DNA of 64,000 bases from Clostridium sp. (GTDB taxonomy: Bacteria > Bacillota > Dethiobacteria > Dethiobacterales > Dethiobacteraceae). The DNA is taken from the NCBI GenBank assembly GCA_018335695.1, contig JAGXRV010000088.1, positions 6,783-70,782 of the forward strand, written 5' to 3'. Positions 18,019 to 27,936 of this stretch are shown in pieces. The position numbers and the translations under genes were made by a program. How positions within the stretch are numbered: the stretch's first letter is position 1; each line of letters starts with the position of its first letter. The notes under the pieces were generated by a model that did no database searches, had not been told where the DNA came from, and was given only the letters and a program-made list of their open reading frames with translations.

Positions 18019-18222
18019 AAAAAAAAGGGCCGACACCTTTTCCCCTGAGCGGAGCGGTTTGCCTGCCGCTATTAGCGGAGCGCGGCAGAGGATACCGCAA
18101 AGGGGGATTTTTAAAATGGCAAAAGTTTTTCGCGCAATCGTTGCCTTGGGTACGCTGGTACTCGCCGGTGGTGCAGGTATTAGAGGTTGGTGGTAGAATT
18201 AACTTCGTCGGCCCTTTTTTTT
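18019..18222 (+). other. Perfect 16-nt long-range inverted repeat enclosing a structured 172-nt segment
   Basis: AAAAAAAAGGGCCGAC (18019-18034) and GTCGGCCCTTTTTTTT (18207-18222). Inner stems gcggt..accgc and ctgccgc..gcggcag. Confidence 0.6.
18116..18196 (+). CDS. Candidate 26-aa hydrophobic peptide (MAKVFRAIVALGTLVLAGGAGIRGWW)
   Basis: ATG 8 nt after GGGGGA. A single TM-like segment ending in RGWW. Too short for the supplied ORF track. Confidence 0.35.
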   Translation: MAKVFRAIVALGTLVLAGGAGIRGWW

Positions 18223-18240
18223 ATATTTGGAGGTATTCCC

Positions 18241-19488
18241 ATGTCGTTTAGAGAAGAGTCGCTTGAGGTAAAAATCTATGTTAGCATGGTAATTTTTGCG
18301 GCTGGTTTATTCCTATCACTCTATAATCCGGTCGATTTTCTTAGTTTATCATTAATTTTTTTTGTCTTTATACATATATTGCTCGAGAATATGGATGTTA
18401 ATTTGCCGCATAATAAAGGCTCTGTTTCTGTCGGCTTTGCCACCGGTTTAGCGATGATTCTTTTATTTGGGCCCGGCCCGGCGGCATGGGGTTATTTCGC
18501 CACAACTTTGAGTAAGCGTACATGGGAACACCGCGAGGCTCTATACAAGCCGTTATTCAATGTAGCTCAGTTAACGCTCGCCGCTGGCAGCGCCGGGCAT
18601 GTCTACCAGTTCTTTGGCGGCATCCCCGGGCGGCTTCCGCTGTTGCGTGACTTTTTCCCGATTCTGATGAGCATTTTGAGTTTTTCTTTTGTCAATTTTG
18701 TATTAGTGATGGGCATATTTTTTCTGACTCAGAGAAAGTCATTCCTCAACGTCTGGTTTATCGTTTTTAGATGGGTTATCCCCAATTATTTGGCGGTAGC
18801 GCCCTTGGGGATTCTAATCGCCGTAATTTATGCCAGTATGGGTATTCCAGCAGTCTTTCTTTTAATGATCCCGCTGATGTTGGCGCGTCATACTTTTATA
18901 CTCTATATGGAGATGCGCAACCAGTATATCAGTACAATTAAAGCGCTGACAAAAGCGATTGACGCGAAAGACCATTACACCCACGGCCATTCCGAACGGG
19001 TGGCGGAGTATGCGGTCGCTATCGCGACAGAGCTAAAGCTTTCGGAAGATTTTCAGGAGAAGCTTGAGTATCTGGCGCTGATGCACGATATCGGCAAAAT
19101 CAGCATTCCGGAAGTAATTTTAAATAAGCCGAGCAGGCTTTCAAATAGTGAGTTTGCTTTAATCCGCACTCATCCCGAAGTCGGTGCGGAAATCATCAAA
19201 AATATTAAACTGATCGGCGAATATGCCGATATTGTGCGCCATCATCATGAAAGAATTGACGGCAGCGGTTATCCCTACGGCATCACAGGCGAGAATATTT
19301 CGCTTGGCGCGAGAATTATGAGCGTGGCAGACGCCTTTGACGCAATGACCTCGGCGCGGATTTACAGTACGCCAAAGAGCAAGCAGGAGGCGGTTGCCGA
19401 GCTTGAGCGCTGCTGTAATACGCAGTTCTGTCAGGATGTGGTGAAGGCCTTTGTGAAAGTACTACGCAAAAGAGGTGAAATCGCTTGA
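18241..19488 (+). CDS. Membrane-anchored HD-GYP domain protein (probable cyclic-dinucleotide phosphodiesterase)
   Basis: Multiple N-terminal hydrophobic segments. 'HGHSERV', 'HDIGK', 'HHERIDGSGYP'. ATG 18241 follows GGAGG. ORF opens at 18187. Confidence 0.9.
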   Translation: MSFREESLEVKIYVSMVIFAAGLFLSLYNPVDFLSLSLIFFVFIHILLENMDVNLPHNKGSVSVGFATGLAMILLFGPGPAAWGYFATTLSKRTWEHREALYKPLFNVAQLTLAAGSAGHVYQFFGGIPGRLPLLRDFFPILMSILSFSFVNFVLVMGIFFLTQRKSFLNVWFIVFRWVIPNYLAVAPLGILIAVIYASMGIPAVFLLMIPLMLARHTFILYMEMRNQYISTIKALTKAIDAKDHYTHGHSERVAEYAVAIATELKLSEDFQEKLEYLALMHDIGKISIPEVILNKPSRLSNSEFALIRTHPEVGAEIIKNIKLIGEYADIVRHHHERIDGSGYPYGITGENISLGARIMSVADAFDAMTSARIYSTPKSKQEAVAELERCCNTQFCQDVVKAFVKVLRKRGEIA

Positions 19489-20015
19489 TTTTAGTCGGCA
19501 TAATTTTAGCGGTCGCCGTGGCGTTGCTGCGTGGCGGCAAACTGGAGCGGCTAAGTAATTTAGGCTTAAAGCTGCTGCCGCTTGTCTGGCTGGTGCTCGT
19601 GATGCGCTCGCTGGTGGCCGTGCTTGAAAGCCGCGGGATGCCTTGGGCGCCGTTGCTGCAGGTGGCGGCATATCTTATCTTGCTTGGGGTTTTGTGGTTA
19701 AATCTGGCCGCGCCGGGCATGAAGCTGTTTGGCTTAGGCAGTCTTTTAAATTTTCTGGCAATCGCGGCAAACGGCGGGGCGATGCCTGTCTCGCCCAGCG
19801 CTTTAGCCTTTTTAAATATGAACAAAACGCCTTCCGGCACGCATACGTTGTTGACTGCGGAGAGTCGTCTGCCGTTTTTAACCGATATTATTCCTTTATG
19901 GATGCCTTATCCTCAGGTGATTAGTGTGGGTGATATTCTGATTGTTGCCGGGATGTTCCTGTTTATCCAGCAGAGGATGCTCGCCGGAGGCAGACTTGTT
20001 TCAGCCGAGAAATAA
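19485..20015 (+). CDS. Small polytopic membrane protein (DUF5317-like, from memory)
   Basis: 176 aa with 4-5 hydrophobic segments. The TTG start overlaps the HD-GYP stop (GCTTGA). RBS AGAGGTGA. Confidence 0.7.
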   Translation: MILVGIILAVAVALLRGGKLERLSNLGLKLLPLVWLVLVMRSLVAVLESRGMPWAPLLQVAAYLILLGVLWLNLAAPGMKLFGLGSLLNFLAIAANGGAMPVSPSALAFLNMNKTPSGTHTLLTAESRLPFLTDIIPLWMPYPQVISVGDILIVAGMFLFIQQRMLAGGRLVSAEK

Positions 20016-20039
20016 TGATAAAATAAGTTTGGATTCTTT

Positions 20040-20064
20040 AAGGGAACCGTTAGGTTCCTTTTGC
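20040..20064 (+). terminator. Hairpin/terminator between the membrane gene and secA
   Basis: aagggaacc-gtta-ggttccttt. The T-run is partly inside the stem. Confidence 0.5.
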
Positions 20065-20089
20065 ATTATAAATATTGGAGGGTTTGGGC

Positions 20090-22945
20090 ATGCGCGGCCT
20101 GATAGCCAAACTTATCGGTGATGTGAACCAACGTGAAATTCGCAAGGTAAACTCTCTCGTCGGGAGGATTAATCAGTTTGAGGAAGAGTTAAAGGCATTG
20201 CCGGCAGAGGCTTTGCGTGCCAAAACTGAGGAATTTAAAGAGCGCTTAAATGTCGCCTTAAGCGAGCAGCGTGAGCAGTTGTTTGAGCTGAAAGCGGCTT
20301 TGCCTTCTAATGCCGACGCACTGGAACAACGTGAGTTGGCTGAAGCGGAAAAAGAGCTGTTTAAGGCGGAGCAGGCGGCGCTCATGGAACTTTTGCCCGA
20401 GGCTTTTGCTGTCGTGCGGGAAGCTGGCCGCAGGGTGCTGGGAATGCGCCACTTCGATGTGCAACTTTTGGGCGGTATTATCCTGCATCAGGGACGGATT
20501 GCGGAGATGAAAACCGGCGAAGGCAAGACGTTGGTGGCAACTTTACCGGCGTATCTCAACGCCCTGACCGGCCGCGGCGTACATATTGTTACTGTAAATG
20601 ATTATTTGGCGACACGCGACCGGGAATGGATGGGGCCGCTTTATGAGGCTTTAGGCTTGTCGGTCGGCTTGATTATCCACGGGCTGGAACAGGAAGAGCG
20701 ACGTGCTGCCTATGCCGCCGACATTACCTACGGCACTAATAACGAGTTCGGTTTCGACTACTTGCGGGAAAATATGGTGCTCTATCAGGAAAATCTCGTG
20801 CAAAGACAGTTGTATTACTCAATCGTGGACGAAGTAGACAGCATTTTAATTGATGAAGCCAGAACGCCGCTGATTATCTCCGGCCAAATGAAGACGGAAG
20901 AGAAACAGCATGACGATTATGCCCGCATAGACAGCGCGGTGCGGCGGCTGAAGCACGAGACCCACTTTGAAGTTGATGAGAAGGCTCAGACGGTTACTTT
21001 AAGTGATGAAGGCGAGCGTCAAATAGAGCTCTTGTTAGCTGAGAAAGGTCTTTATGGGGAAGAAGATATCGTCTATGAAGAAGTGGAAGAAGAACAGGTG
21101 CTGGAGACCGCCCAGACACAGCAGAGAAGCATCATTAAAAAGAAAGTGGAGAACGCGCTGCGAGCACACAATCTGATGAAACGGGACAAAGATTATGTTG
21201 TCACAGACGGTCAGATTATTATTGTCGATGAATTTACCGGACGCCTGATGTATGGGCGCCGCTATAGCGACGGGCTGCATCAAGCGATAGAGGCGAAAGA
21301 ACGTGTGAAAGTTGCCAAGGAAAGTATGACGCTGGCTTCTATCACCTTTCAGAATTATTTTCGCATGTATAAAAAATTAGCCGGCATGACGGGCACTGCT
21401 GCTACTGAGGAAGCGGAATTTCAGAGCATCTACTGTATGGACGTAGTTGCAATTCCCACAAACCAGCCGATGGTGCGTCGAGATTTGCCCGATGTGATCT
21501 ACAAAACGAAGCGCGGCAAATTTCGCTGGGTTGTGGAGGAAATTATAGAGCGTCATAAGACAGGGCAGCCCATGTTGGTGGGAACGATCTCCATCGAGAC
21601 ATCGGAAGAGTTAAGCCGCACTTTGCAGAAGCATGGCGTGCGGCACGAAGTATTAAACGCCAAGCATCATGAACGCGAGGCTAAAATTATTGCTCAGGCA
21701 GGACGCCTTGGTGCGGTAACGATTGCGACAAACATGGCGGGGCGCGGTACAGATATTTTGCTCGGCGGCAATCCTGAATCTCTGGCGGAAGACGGCTTTC
21801 GGTCGGAATATGGTTGTTACCCGGAAGAATATGGGTGCAGGACGGATTTGACTGAGAGTGAAAAGAATGATGCGCAGTCCCGTTATCAGCAGTTGCTGGA
21901 GAAATACAGGGAAGAAACGCGTTTGGAACGGGAAAAGGTAATCAGCGCGGGTGGTCTCCATATTCTAGGGACAGAGCGGCACGAATCACGGCGTATTGAC
22001 AATCAGTTGCGCGGTCGTTCAGGGAGGCAAGGGGATCCCGGCTCCAGCCAGTTTTATATCTCGCTGGAGGATGACTTGATGCGCCTCTTTGGCGGCGACA
22101 ACATTTATGGCATCATGGAAAAGCTGGGCTTAGACGAAGATACGCCGATCGACCATCCGCTCATCAGCCGGGCGATTGAATCTGCTCAGAAGAAAGTGGA
22201 AAACCGCAACTTTGAAATTCGCAAACATATTTTGGAATATGATAACGTGATTAATGAACAGCGGGAAGTGATTTACGCTCAGCGCCGCCGGGTGTTGGAA
22301 GGGGAAAGCTTGCGCGATACGGTGCTGGAATGGTTGCCCGAACTGGTAAACGAGGCATTGACTCAATATGCCAGTGACAAAGTTTATGACGACGAATGGG
22401 ATCTTGAAGGTTTGCTGACTTGGGCTGAAGGAATTTTTCTCCCCCACCGGCGACTGAGGAAAGCTGACTTAGAGGGGAAAAGCAAGGACGAATTGCAGGA
22501 GATTTTGCTTAACGAAGCTATTGATGCCTACAGCGGGCGGGAAGAGAAAATCGGCGCTGAGATGATGCGTGAATTGGAGAGAGTAGTGATTTTGCGCACT
22601 GTGGACTCCAAGTGGATGTCGCATATCGACAGCATGGATGAACTGCGGCATGGTGTGGGGCTGCGAGCCTACGGACAGCGTAATCCTTTGGTGGAATATA
22701 AGTATGAAGCGCATAACATGTTTACTGAAATGATTCACGCCATTAAAGAGGAGTCGGTAAGTATGCTTTACCGTATCCAGGTTGTGGCGCCGCCGCAGCG
22801 TCAAGCAGTGGCAGTGACAGATGACACCCCTTCAAGCCTTGGTTCTTCAGCGCGCGCTTCTTCACGTTCAGTTAAAAAGGTAGGTCGGAATGATCCGTGC
22901 CCTTGCGGCAGCGGGAAAAAAAATAAAAAATGCTGTGGGAAGTAG
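20090..22945 (+). CDS. secA: Preprotein translocase ATPase SecA
   Basis: 'MKTGEGKTL', '[19 protein letters not shown]', '[10 protein letters not shown]', C-terminal zinc finger '[14 protein letters not shown]'. ATG 20090 follows GGAGGG. Confidence 0.97.
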   Translation: MRGLIAKLIGDVNQREIRKVNSLVGRINQFEEELKALPAEALRAKTEEFKERLNVALSEQREQLFELKAALPSNADALEQRELAEAEKELFKAEQAALMELLPEAFAVVREAGRRVLGMRHFDVQLLGGIILHQGRIAEMKTGEGKTLVATLPAYLNALTGRGVHIVTVNDYLATRDREWMGPLYEALGLSVGLIIHGLEQEERRAAYAADITYGTNNEFGFDYLRENMVLYQENLVQRQLYYSIVDEVDSILIDEARTPLIISGQMKTEEKQHDDYARIDSAVRRLKHETHFEVDEKAQTVTLSDEGERQIELLLAEKGLYGEEDIVYEEVEEEQVLETAQTQQRSIIKKKVENALRAHNLMKRDKDYVVTDGQIIIVDEFTGRLMYGRRYSDGLHQAIEAKERVKVAKESMTLASITFQNYFRMYKKLAGMTGTAATEEAEFQSIYCMDVVAIPTNQPMVRRDLPDVIYKTKRGKFRWVVEEIIERHKTGQPMLVGTISIETSEELSRTLQKHGVRHEVLNAKHHEREAKIIAQAGRLGAVTIATNMAGRGTDILLGGNPESLAEDGFRSEYGCYPEEYGCRTDLTESEKNDAQSRYQQLLEKYREETRLEREKVISAGGLHILGTERHESRRIDNQLRGRSGRQGDPGSSQFYISLEDDLMRLFGGDNIYGIMEKLGLDEDTPIDHPLISRAIESAQKKVENRNFEIRKHILEYDNVINEQREVIYAQRRRVLEGESLRDTVLEWLPELVNEALTQYASDKVYDDEWDLEGLLTWAEGIFLPHRRLRKADLEGKSKDELQEILLNEAIDAYSGREEKIGAEMMRELERVVILRTVDSKWMSHIDSMDELRHGVGLRAYGQRNPLVEYKYEAHNMFTEMIHAIKEESVSMLYRIQVVAPPQRQAVAVTDDTPSSLGSSARASSRSVKKVGRNDPCPCGSGKKNKKCCGK

Positions 22946-22952
22946 GTGCAAG

Positions 22953-24063
22953 ATGTCAGCGGAAATTAAAACTGCTTATAAAGAGCTTTGCGAGCGTCTT
23001 ACTGAAATGAGTGTTTCCCTTTGACGTCGCACAAAAAAGTGAACTCATCCGGAAGTTGGCGGAAGACTCAGGTAGCGTAGAATTTTGGTCGGACGCCGAC
23101 AAAGCACAAAAAATTATTCAACAGTTAAAATCATTGCGTGACGATGTCGAACCGATAGAGGCTGTGCGCCAAAAGCTTGACGACATTGAGGTGACTATTA
23201 CACTGGCGGCAGAGGAAGATGATGCGGAACTGTGGGTTGACGCGGCGGAAAATCTGACTGCCTTAGCGTCGGAAATCAGCAGGCTGGAGCTGGCCGTTCT
23301 CTTTAGGGGGCGCTATGATGACCATAATGCTATTGTTGCCATTCATCCCGGTGCCGGGGGCACCGAATCCCAAGACTGGGCTGCTATGCTGGTGCGGATG
23401 TATGCCCGCTGGGCGGAAAGGAAAAATTATCAAGTAGAAATTATGGACCTGCTTCCCGGAGATGAGGCGGGGGTTAAAAGTGCCACACTATTAATTAAGG
23501 GTAAAAATGCTTACGGGTATCTTAAGGCGGAGCGAGGCGTTCACCGTCTGGTGCGCATTTCGCCCTTTGATGCCGCAAGCCGGCGCCACACTTCTTTTGC
23601 CTCCCTCGATGTGTTGCCGGAGGTGGAAGAAGGCGAGCAGGATGTGGAGATTAAGCAAGACGAGTTGAAGATTGATACTTACCGTTCCAGCGGAGCCGGC
23701 GGACAACATGTAAATACTACCGACTCAGCGGTACGGATTACCCATTTGCCCACCGGCTTTGTCGTTACTTGTCAGAATGAACGTTCGCAGCATGCCAATA
23801 GAGATCGTGCAATGAAGATGTTGCGCGCTAAACTGGCGGATTTGCAGCAGCGCCAACAGATGGAGGAAATGAGCAGTATCCGCGGCGAACAAAAAGAAAT
23901 TGCCTGGGGAAGTCAGATTCGTTCATATGTTTTTCAACCGTATACCATGGTGAAAGACCATCGTACCGGCGTGGAAATAGGAAATATTAACGCGGTAATG
24001 GACGGTGAGCTGGAGGAGCTGATTGAATCTTACCTGCGGCAGACAGCGGGGAAGAAAGGCTAA
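22953..24063 (+). CDS. prfB: Peptide chain release factor 2, requires a programmed +1 frameshift
   Basis: Frame 0 runs from 22953 and ends ...TCC CTT TGA C (CTT 23019-23021, TGA 23022-23024). The +1 frame from GAC 23023 continues to 24063. 'RISPFD' (SPF) and 'SGAGGQHVN' (GGQ) motifs present. Confidence 0.93.
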
Positions 24064-24081
24064 AGGAGGGGAGGTGCAGGC

Positions 24082-24945
24082 ATGGCCAAGTATCAGGCTG
24101 GTAAAGAATATGCCGTCGTCCTGCTGGGCACCACCTTAGTTGCCGCCGCTTTTCAATTGTTTCTTGTGCCCAACCAAATTGCGGCAGGCGGAATCAGTGG
24201 CTTAGGGGTTATTCTTTTTCATCTCTTTGGGCTGCCGGTGGGGCTGACCATCTTCTTTTTGAATCTGCCGCTTTTTATTTTGGCGGCGCGTTTATTTGGC
24301 GGCAGCTTTATTGCGCGCGGTCTTTTTGGCGCGGCAACTCTCTCGCTGATGGTGGAGTTATTGGTTTTTTTGCCGGCGGTGACAGAAGATCTGCTGCTGG
24401 CTTCTCTTTATGGCGGTGCTTTGATGGGTGTGGGCGTTGCCCTTGTTTTTCGGGCAAGAGGCTCCACCGGAGGTACGGTTTTGGCGGCTCAGGTATTAAA
24501 CAAATTGTTCGGCTTTACCATGGGCCAGAGTCTGCTCAGTGTTGATTTTTTAGTGATTGCTTTAGCCGGGATCGTTTTTAGTCTGGAACTGGCTATGTAT
24601 GCGTTGATTTCACTGTTTGTCAGCAGCAGAGTGATTGACCTTGTGCAGGAAGGAATCAGCAGCAGCAAGGCTGCCCTGATAATTTCCTCCCGCACCGAAA
24701 TAATCGTCGATAAAATTCTCCTGGAGCTGAATCGAGGGGCCACCATTCTTGATGGCAGAGGTGCTTATACCGGACATGCGCGTGAGCTGGTGTTGACGGT
24801 AGTATCACAGTCTGAGGTGCAGCGCTTGAAAACGATTGTGCAGGAAGTGGACCAGCGAGCTTTTGTTATCTTGGGCAATGCCCATGAAGTGCTGGGCGAA
24901 GGTTTTAAGGTGTCTAAGCTGCGTAAGGCAGACTTAGGCAATTAG
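24082..24945 (+). CDS. YitT-family membrane protein (with DUF2179-type C-terminal domain)
   Basis: Five or so TM segments, then a soluble C-terminal domain 'ATILDGRGAYTG...VVSQSEVQRLKTIV'. RBS AAGGAGGGGAGG. Confidence 0.85.
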   Translation: MAKYQAGKEYAVVLLGTTLVAAAFQLFLVPNQIAAGGISGLGVILFHLFGLPVGLTIFFLNLPLFILAARLFGGSFIARGLFGAATLSLMVELLVFLPAVTEDLLLASLYGGALMGVGVALVFRARGSTGGTVLAAQVLNKLFGFTMGQSLLSVDFLVIALAGIVFSLELAMYALISLFVSSRVIDLVQEGISSSKAALIISSRTEIIVDKILLELNRGATILDGRGAYTGHARELVLTVVSQSEVQRLKTIVQEVDQRAFVILGNAHEVLGEGFKVSKLRKADLGN

Positions 24946-24951
24946 TCTGAT

Positions 24952-25806
24952 TTAAAGGAATTCATTTTGGATGGAAGCTAGGGAGGCGGGGTCGAAGGGG
25001 CGGGTGCCTAGCGGTGTGTGATCGTTTGCCAGGGCGGTGATGCGGGATTCAAAGGTGACGCGTGGGACGTTGTAGAAGATGCCAAGCGGAATCTGCTCCC
25101 CCCATTCTCTCGCCAGTGTCAAGGCGGCGTTCCAGTCTTTTTGCTCATGTTGTTTTGGGAAGTAGACTCTTTTTTTATACCAGGCATAGGTGTTTACTTT
25201 ATTGAATGAAGGACAGGGCTGCAAAATATCGATTAGGGCATAGCCGGGAAACTCCAGCGCCTGTTTCATAGTTGAAATCAGGTGTTCTTTTTCGCCCGAA
25301 AAGCAGCGAGCCACAAACCCGGCTCCCATCACGAGCGCAACGGCCAGCGGATTGAAGGCTGGCAGGATTACGCCGGATGTTTGGATCGACGTCCTCATTC
25401 CTTCGTCACTCGTTGGACTGGCTTGCCCTTTAGTGAGACCATACACTTGGTTATTATGGACAAAATGTGCCAAGTCTGGATTGCGGCGAATCGTATGGAT
25501 GAAGTGGTTGCCTCCTTCACCATAGGTGTCGCCGTCGCCCGATTCTACAATGACCTTTAAGGATGTGTTGGCAATTTTTGCTCCCACCGCCGGCGGCAAC
25601 GCCCGGCCGTGCAGGCCGTTAAAACCGTTTACCCGGAGATAATGCGGTATTTTTGCCGCCTGACCGATTCCGGAACAGATGAGGACGCGGTGTGGCGCGA
25701 GTTTCAGTTGGGCCAGTGCTTCGGCTAACGCCGCCCGGATGGCAAAATTGCCGCAACCCGCACACCAAGCCGTATCTTTGCTTAAATAGTCGGCAGCTTT
25801 ACACAT
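24952..25806 (-). CDS. 2-oxoacid:ferredoxin oxidoreductase, beta (TPP-binding) subunit
   Basis: 'CAGCGNFAI', TPP motif 'GDGDTYGEGGNH'. The start overlaps the alpha-subunit stop. Confidence 0.9.
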   Translation of the reverse strand: MCKAADYLSKDTAWCAGCGNFAIRAALAEALAQLKLAPHRVLICSGIGQAAKIPHYLRVNGFNGLHGRALPPAVGAKIANTSLKVIVESGDGDTYGEGGNHFIHTIRRNPDLAHFVHNNQVYGLTKGQASPTSDEGMRTSIQTSGVILPAFNPLAVALVMGAGFVARCFSGEKEHLISTMKQALEFPGYALIDILQPCPSFNKVNTYAWYKKRVYFPKQHEQKDWNAALTLAREWGEQIPLGIFYNVPRVTFESRITALANDHTPLGTRPFDPASLASIQNEFL

Positions 25807-27496
25807 GATGTTCTACCTCCTGGACAATTTCATCAGCAAAAAAAGGACGTCCGTCAAACTTGAGAATTTCCCTGTCTACCACCAGTCCGGTTTCTCTGCG
25901 TAACAATGCGGAAAACTGACCGGTGGCATTGTTTTCTAAGCAGATTTTTTGCTTAAATTGCGAGAAGAGCGCTTTAATCGTGGTGGTGGGCAGCGGCCAC
26001 AGGTCGGCGAAGTGTAAATGACCGGTGCGAATGTGTTTGTTTTGCAAAATTGTGCAGGCTTCTCTCAATGCTCCATAAGTGGAACCCCAGCCGATTAAGA
26101 GCAATTCGCCGGACTGATCACCGAAAAGATGAGGTTCTTCCATTTCCTGAGCCAAACCTTCCAGTTTGCGCAGCCGCTTTTCTGTCATACGGCGTCTTGT
26201 TTCGGCATCTTCAATAATATGACCGTCTTCATCATGTTCATCGCTGTCAGCCAGAACAATTTCGTTAGGAAACTGACCGGGCAGCGCTCGCGGGGAAACA
26301 CCGCTTGCTGTGTAACGGTAGCGCCGGTAAGGCGTCTCCAGAGTTTCTGCTGTAGGCAGATGGCGGTCATAGGAAAGTTTGTTAAAATCAAACGGCAGCA
26401 CTGTTCTGGCAGTGTCGGCAAAGTGTTGGTCTGAGAGGAAGATGACAGGAATTTGATATTTTTCTGCCAGGTTGAAAGCTTTGTTAAGACGGAAGAAGGC
26501 GTCTTCAATATGTGTCGCAGATAATATGGCTCTCGGAAATTCACCATGACCGGCATGCAAGACAAACTCTAAATCACCCTGTTCGGTTCTTGTGGGCAGG
26601 CCAGTGGCAGGCCCCGGTCTCATGGCCATGATAATTACAAGCGGAGTTTCTGTCATGCCTGCCAGAGAAACCCCTTCCACCATGAGGGAGAAACCGCCTC
26701 CTGATGTGCAGGTCAAGGCTCTGGCTCCGCAATAAGCCGCGCCCAGTGCCATGTTAACGGCGGCGATCTCGTCTTCCGCTTGTTCTACGACCACATCATG
26801 GGACTCCTGTTTTGCGGCCAGATAAGCCATAATGCCTGTGGACGGTGTCATGGGATAGGCGGCGAGAAAACGGCAACCGCTGGCAAGCACCGACATACCC
26901 AGCGCTTGGTTGCCGTCCAAATAGAGTTGACGCTTATTTTCTTTGCTCTGAGGCAGGCTGAAGCAGTCGTGACAATATTTTTTTGCTGCGCTGTGGCCTG
27001 AGCGCAGGGCTGCAATATTTTGTGCCGCCTGTTCCTGGTTAAAAGTTTCTAAGAGCAGTGTTTCTGCGATCGATGTTTCTTGGCCTAGCAGTGCCAAAAC
27101 TGCCCCAACAGCTACGGTGTTAGCCATTATTTTATTGCCGGCCTTTATTGACAGGGACTCCAGAGGTAGCGGCACGAGCTTGTCGGCGTCTGTCTGGATG
27201 CTGAAAAGGTCCGGGTCATAAATAATTTTGCTGTTCTCCGTTAGCGATTGTCGGTGCAAGCTGTATGTCTCTTCATTTAGAGCAACCAGCAACTGAGTTG
27301 CCTGCGCGGCCATCCAAGGCGTATCTGCTGCGATTCTTAGGAAGGTAAAGTTATGTCCTCCGCGAACGCGGGACATATAATCTTTGGCGGTTAGTACGCC
27401 AAAGCCGGCTCGTGCCAGCGCCTTCCCAAGCAGGTGAGCAATTGTTTCCATGCCCTGCCCGGCCGCGCCTCCAATCAAAATATTCATCGTATTCAC
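25799..27496 (-). CDS. 2-oxoacid:ferredoxin oxidoreductase, fused gamma-alpha subunit
   Basis: N-terminal gamma-type 'IGGAAGQGMET', then alpha-type 'GNQALGMSVLASGCRFLAAYPMTPST'. RBS GAGGAG. Confidence 0.9.
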   Translation of the reverse strand: MNTMNILIGGAAGQGMETIAHLLGKALARAGFGVLTAKDYMSRVRGGHNFTFLRIAADTPWMAAQATQLLVALNEETYSLHRQSLTENSKIIYDPDLFSIQTDADKLVPLPLESLSIKAGNKIMANTVAVGAVLALLGQETSIAETLLLETFNQEQAAQNIAALRSGHSAAKKYCHDCFSLPQSKENKRQLYLDGNQALGMSVLASGCRFLAAYPMTPSTGIMAYLAAKQESHDVVVEQAEDEIAAVNMALGAAYCGARALTCTSGGGFSLMVEGVSLAGMTETPLVIIMAMRPGPATGLPTRTEQGDLEFVLHAGHGEFPRAILSATHIEDAFFRLNKAFNLAEKYQIPVIFLSDQHFADTARTVLPFDFNKLSYDRHLPTAETLETPYRRYRYTASGVSPRALPGQFPNEIVLADSDEHDEDGHIIEDAETRRRMTEKRLRKLEGLAQEMEEPHLFGDQSGELLLIGWGSTYGALREACTILQNKHIRTGHLHFADLWPLPTTTIKALFSQFKQKICLENNATGQFSALLRRETGLVVDREILKFDGRPFFADEIVQEVEHHV

Positions 27497-27534
27497 TCCT
27501 CGTTCTAAAGTTAATTATGTTTTTGCTTGCCCTA

Positions 27535-27692
27535 CTCCTCGCCCTGCCCCTCGCCCTGCCCCTCACCCTAACCCTCTCCCGGAGGGAGAGGGGACTAGGA
27601 TAGTTGGGAGGGAGAGGGGAGGAGAACATTTTTACCTCCGAGCAAAAGGAGACCCTAACCGGAGGGAGAGGGGAGGGGGACTAGGATAGTTT
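27535..27692. repeat. Repeat locus C (family-1 element plus a partial second copy) in the oxidoreductase/ftsE divergent region
   Basis: 'cctcgccctgcccctcgccctgcccctcaccctaaccctctcccggagggagaggggactaggatagtt' and 'gaccctaaccggagggagaggggagggggactaggatagtt'. Confidence 0.85.
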
Positions 27693-27936
27693 TAACTGCT
27701 TCGCTTAGAAGCATTAATTTCCCTTTATGGCATTAGTTGACAAATTAAGCAGAAGCAGTAGATAAAAACAAATTTTTTGAAAAAAAATGCCTAATTAAAA
27801 AGGTTTTTCAAAATAGTTGTCGAACTTATGTCAAGTACGTGCAAAAAATTATAATTATTGATTAAGCTTGTCAATAGAAAAACACTTCGCGCTTTGTTGA
27901 AAATATAAAACATCTCAGGTGGAATGGAGTGGCAAC

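Noticed and set aside
20090-22945. The long SecA (about 950 aa) as a fusion or novel domain
   Set aside because: By eye the extra length lies in three stretches. They are an N-terminal helical segment, a stretch in the preprotein cross-linking domain, and a stretch in NBD2 of the kind also seen in E. coli SecA. No foreign domain is evident.
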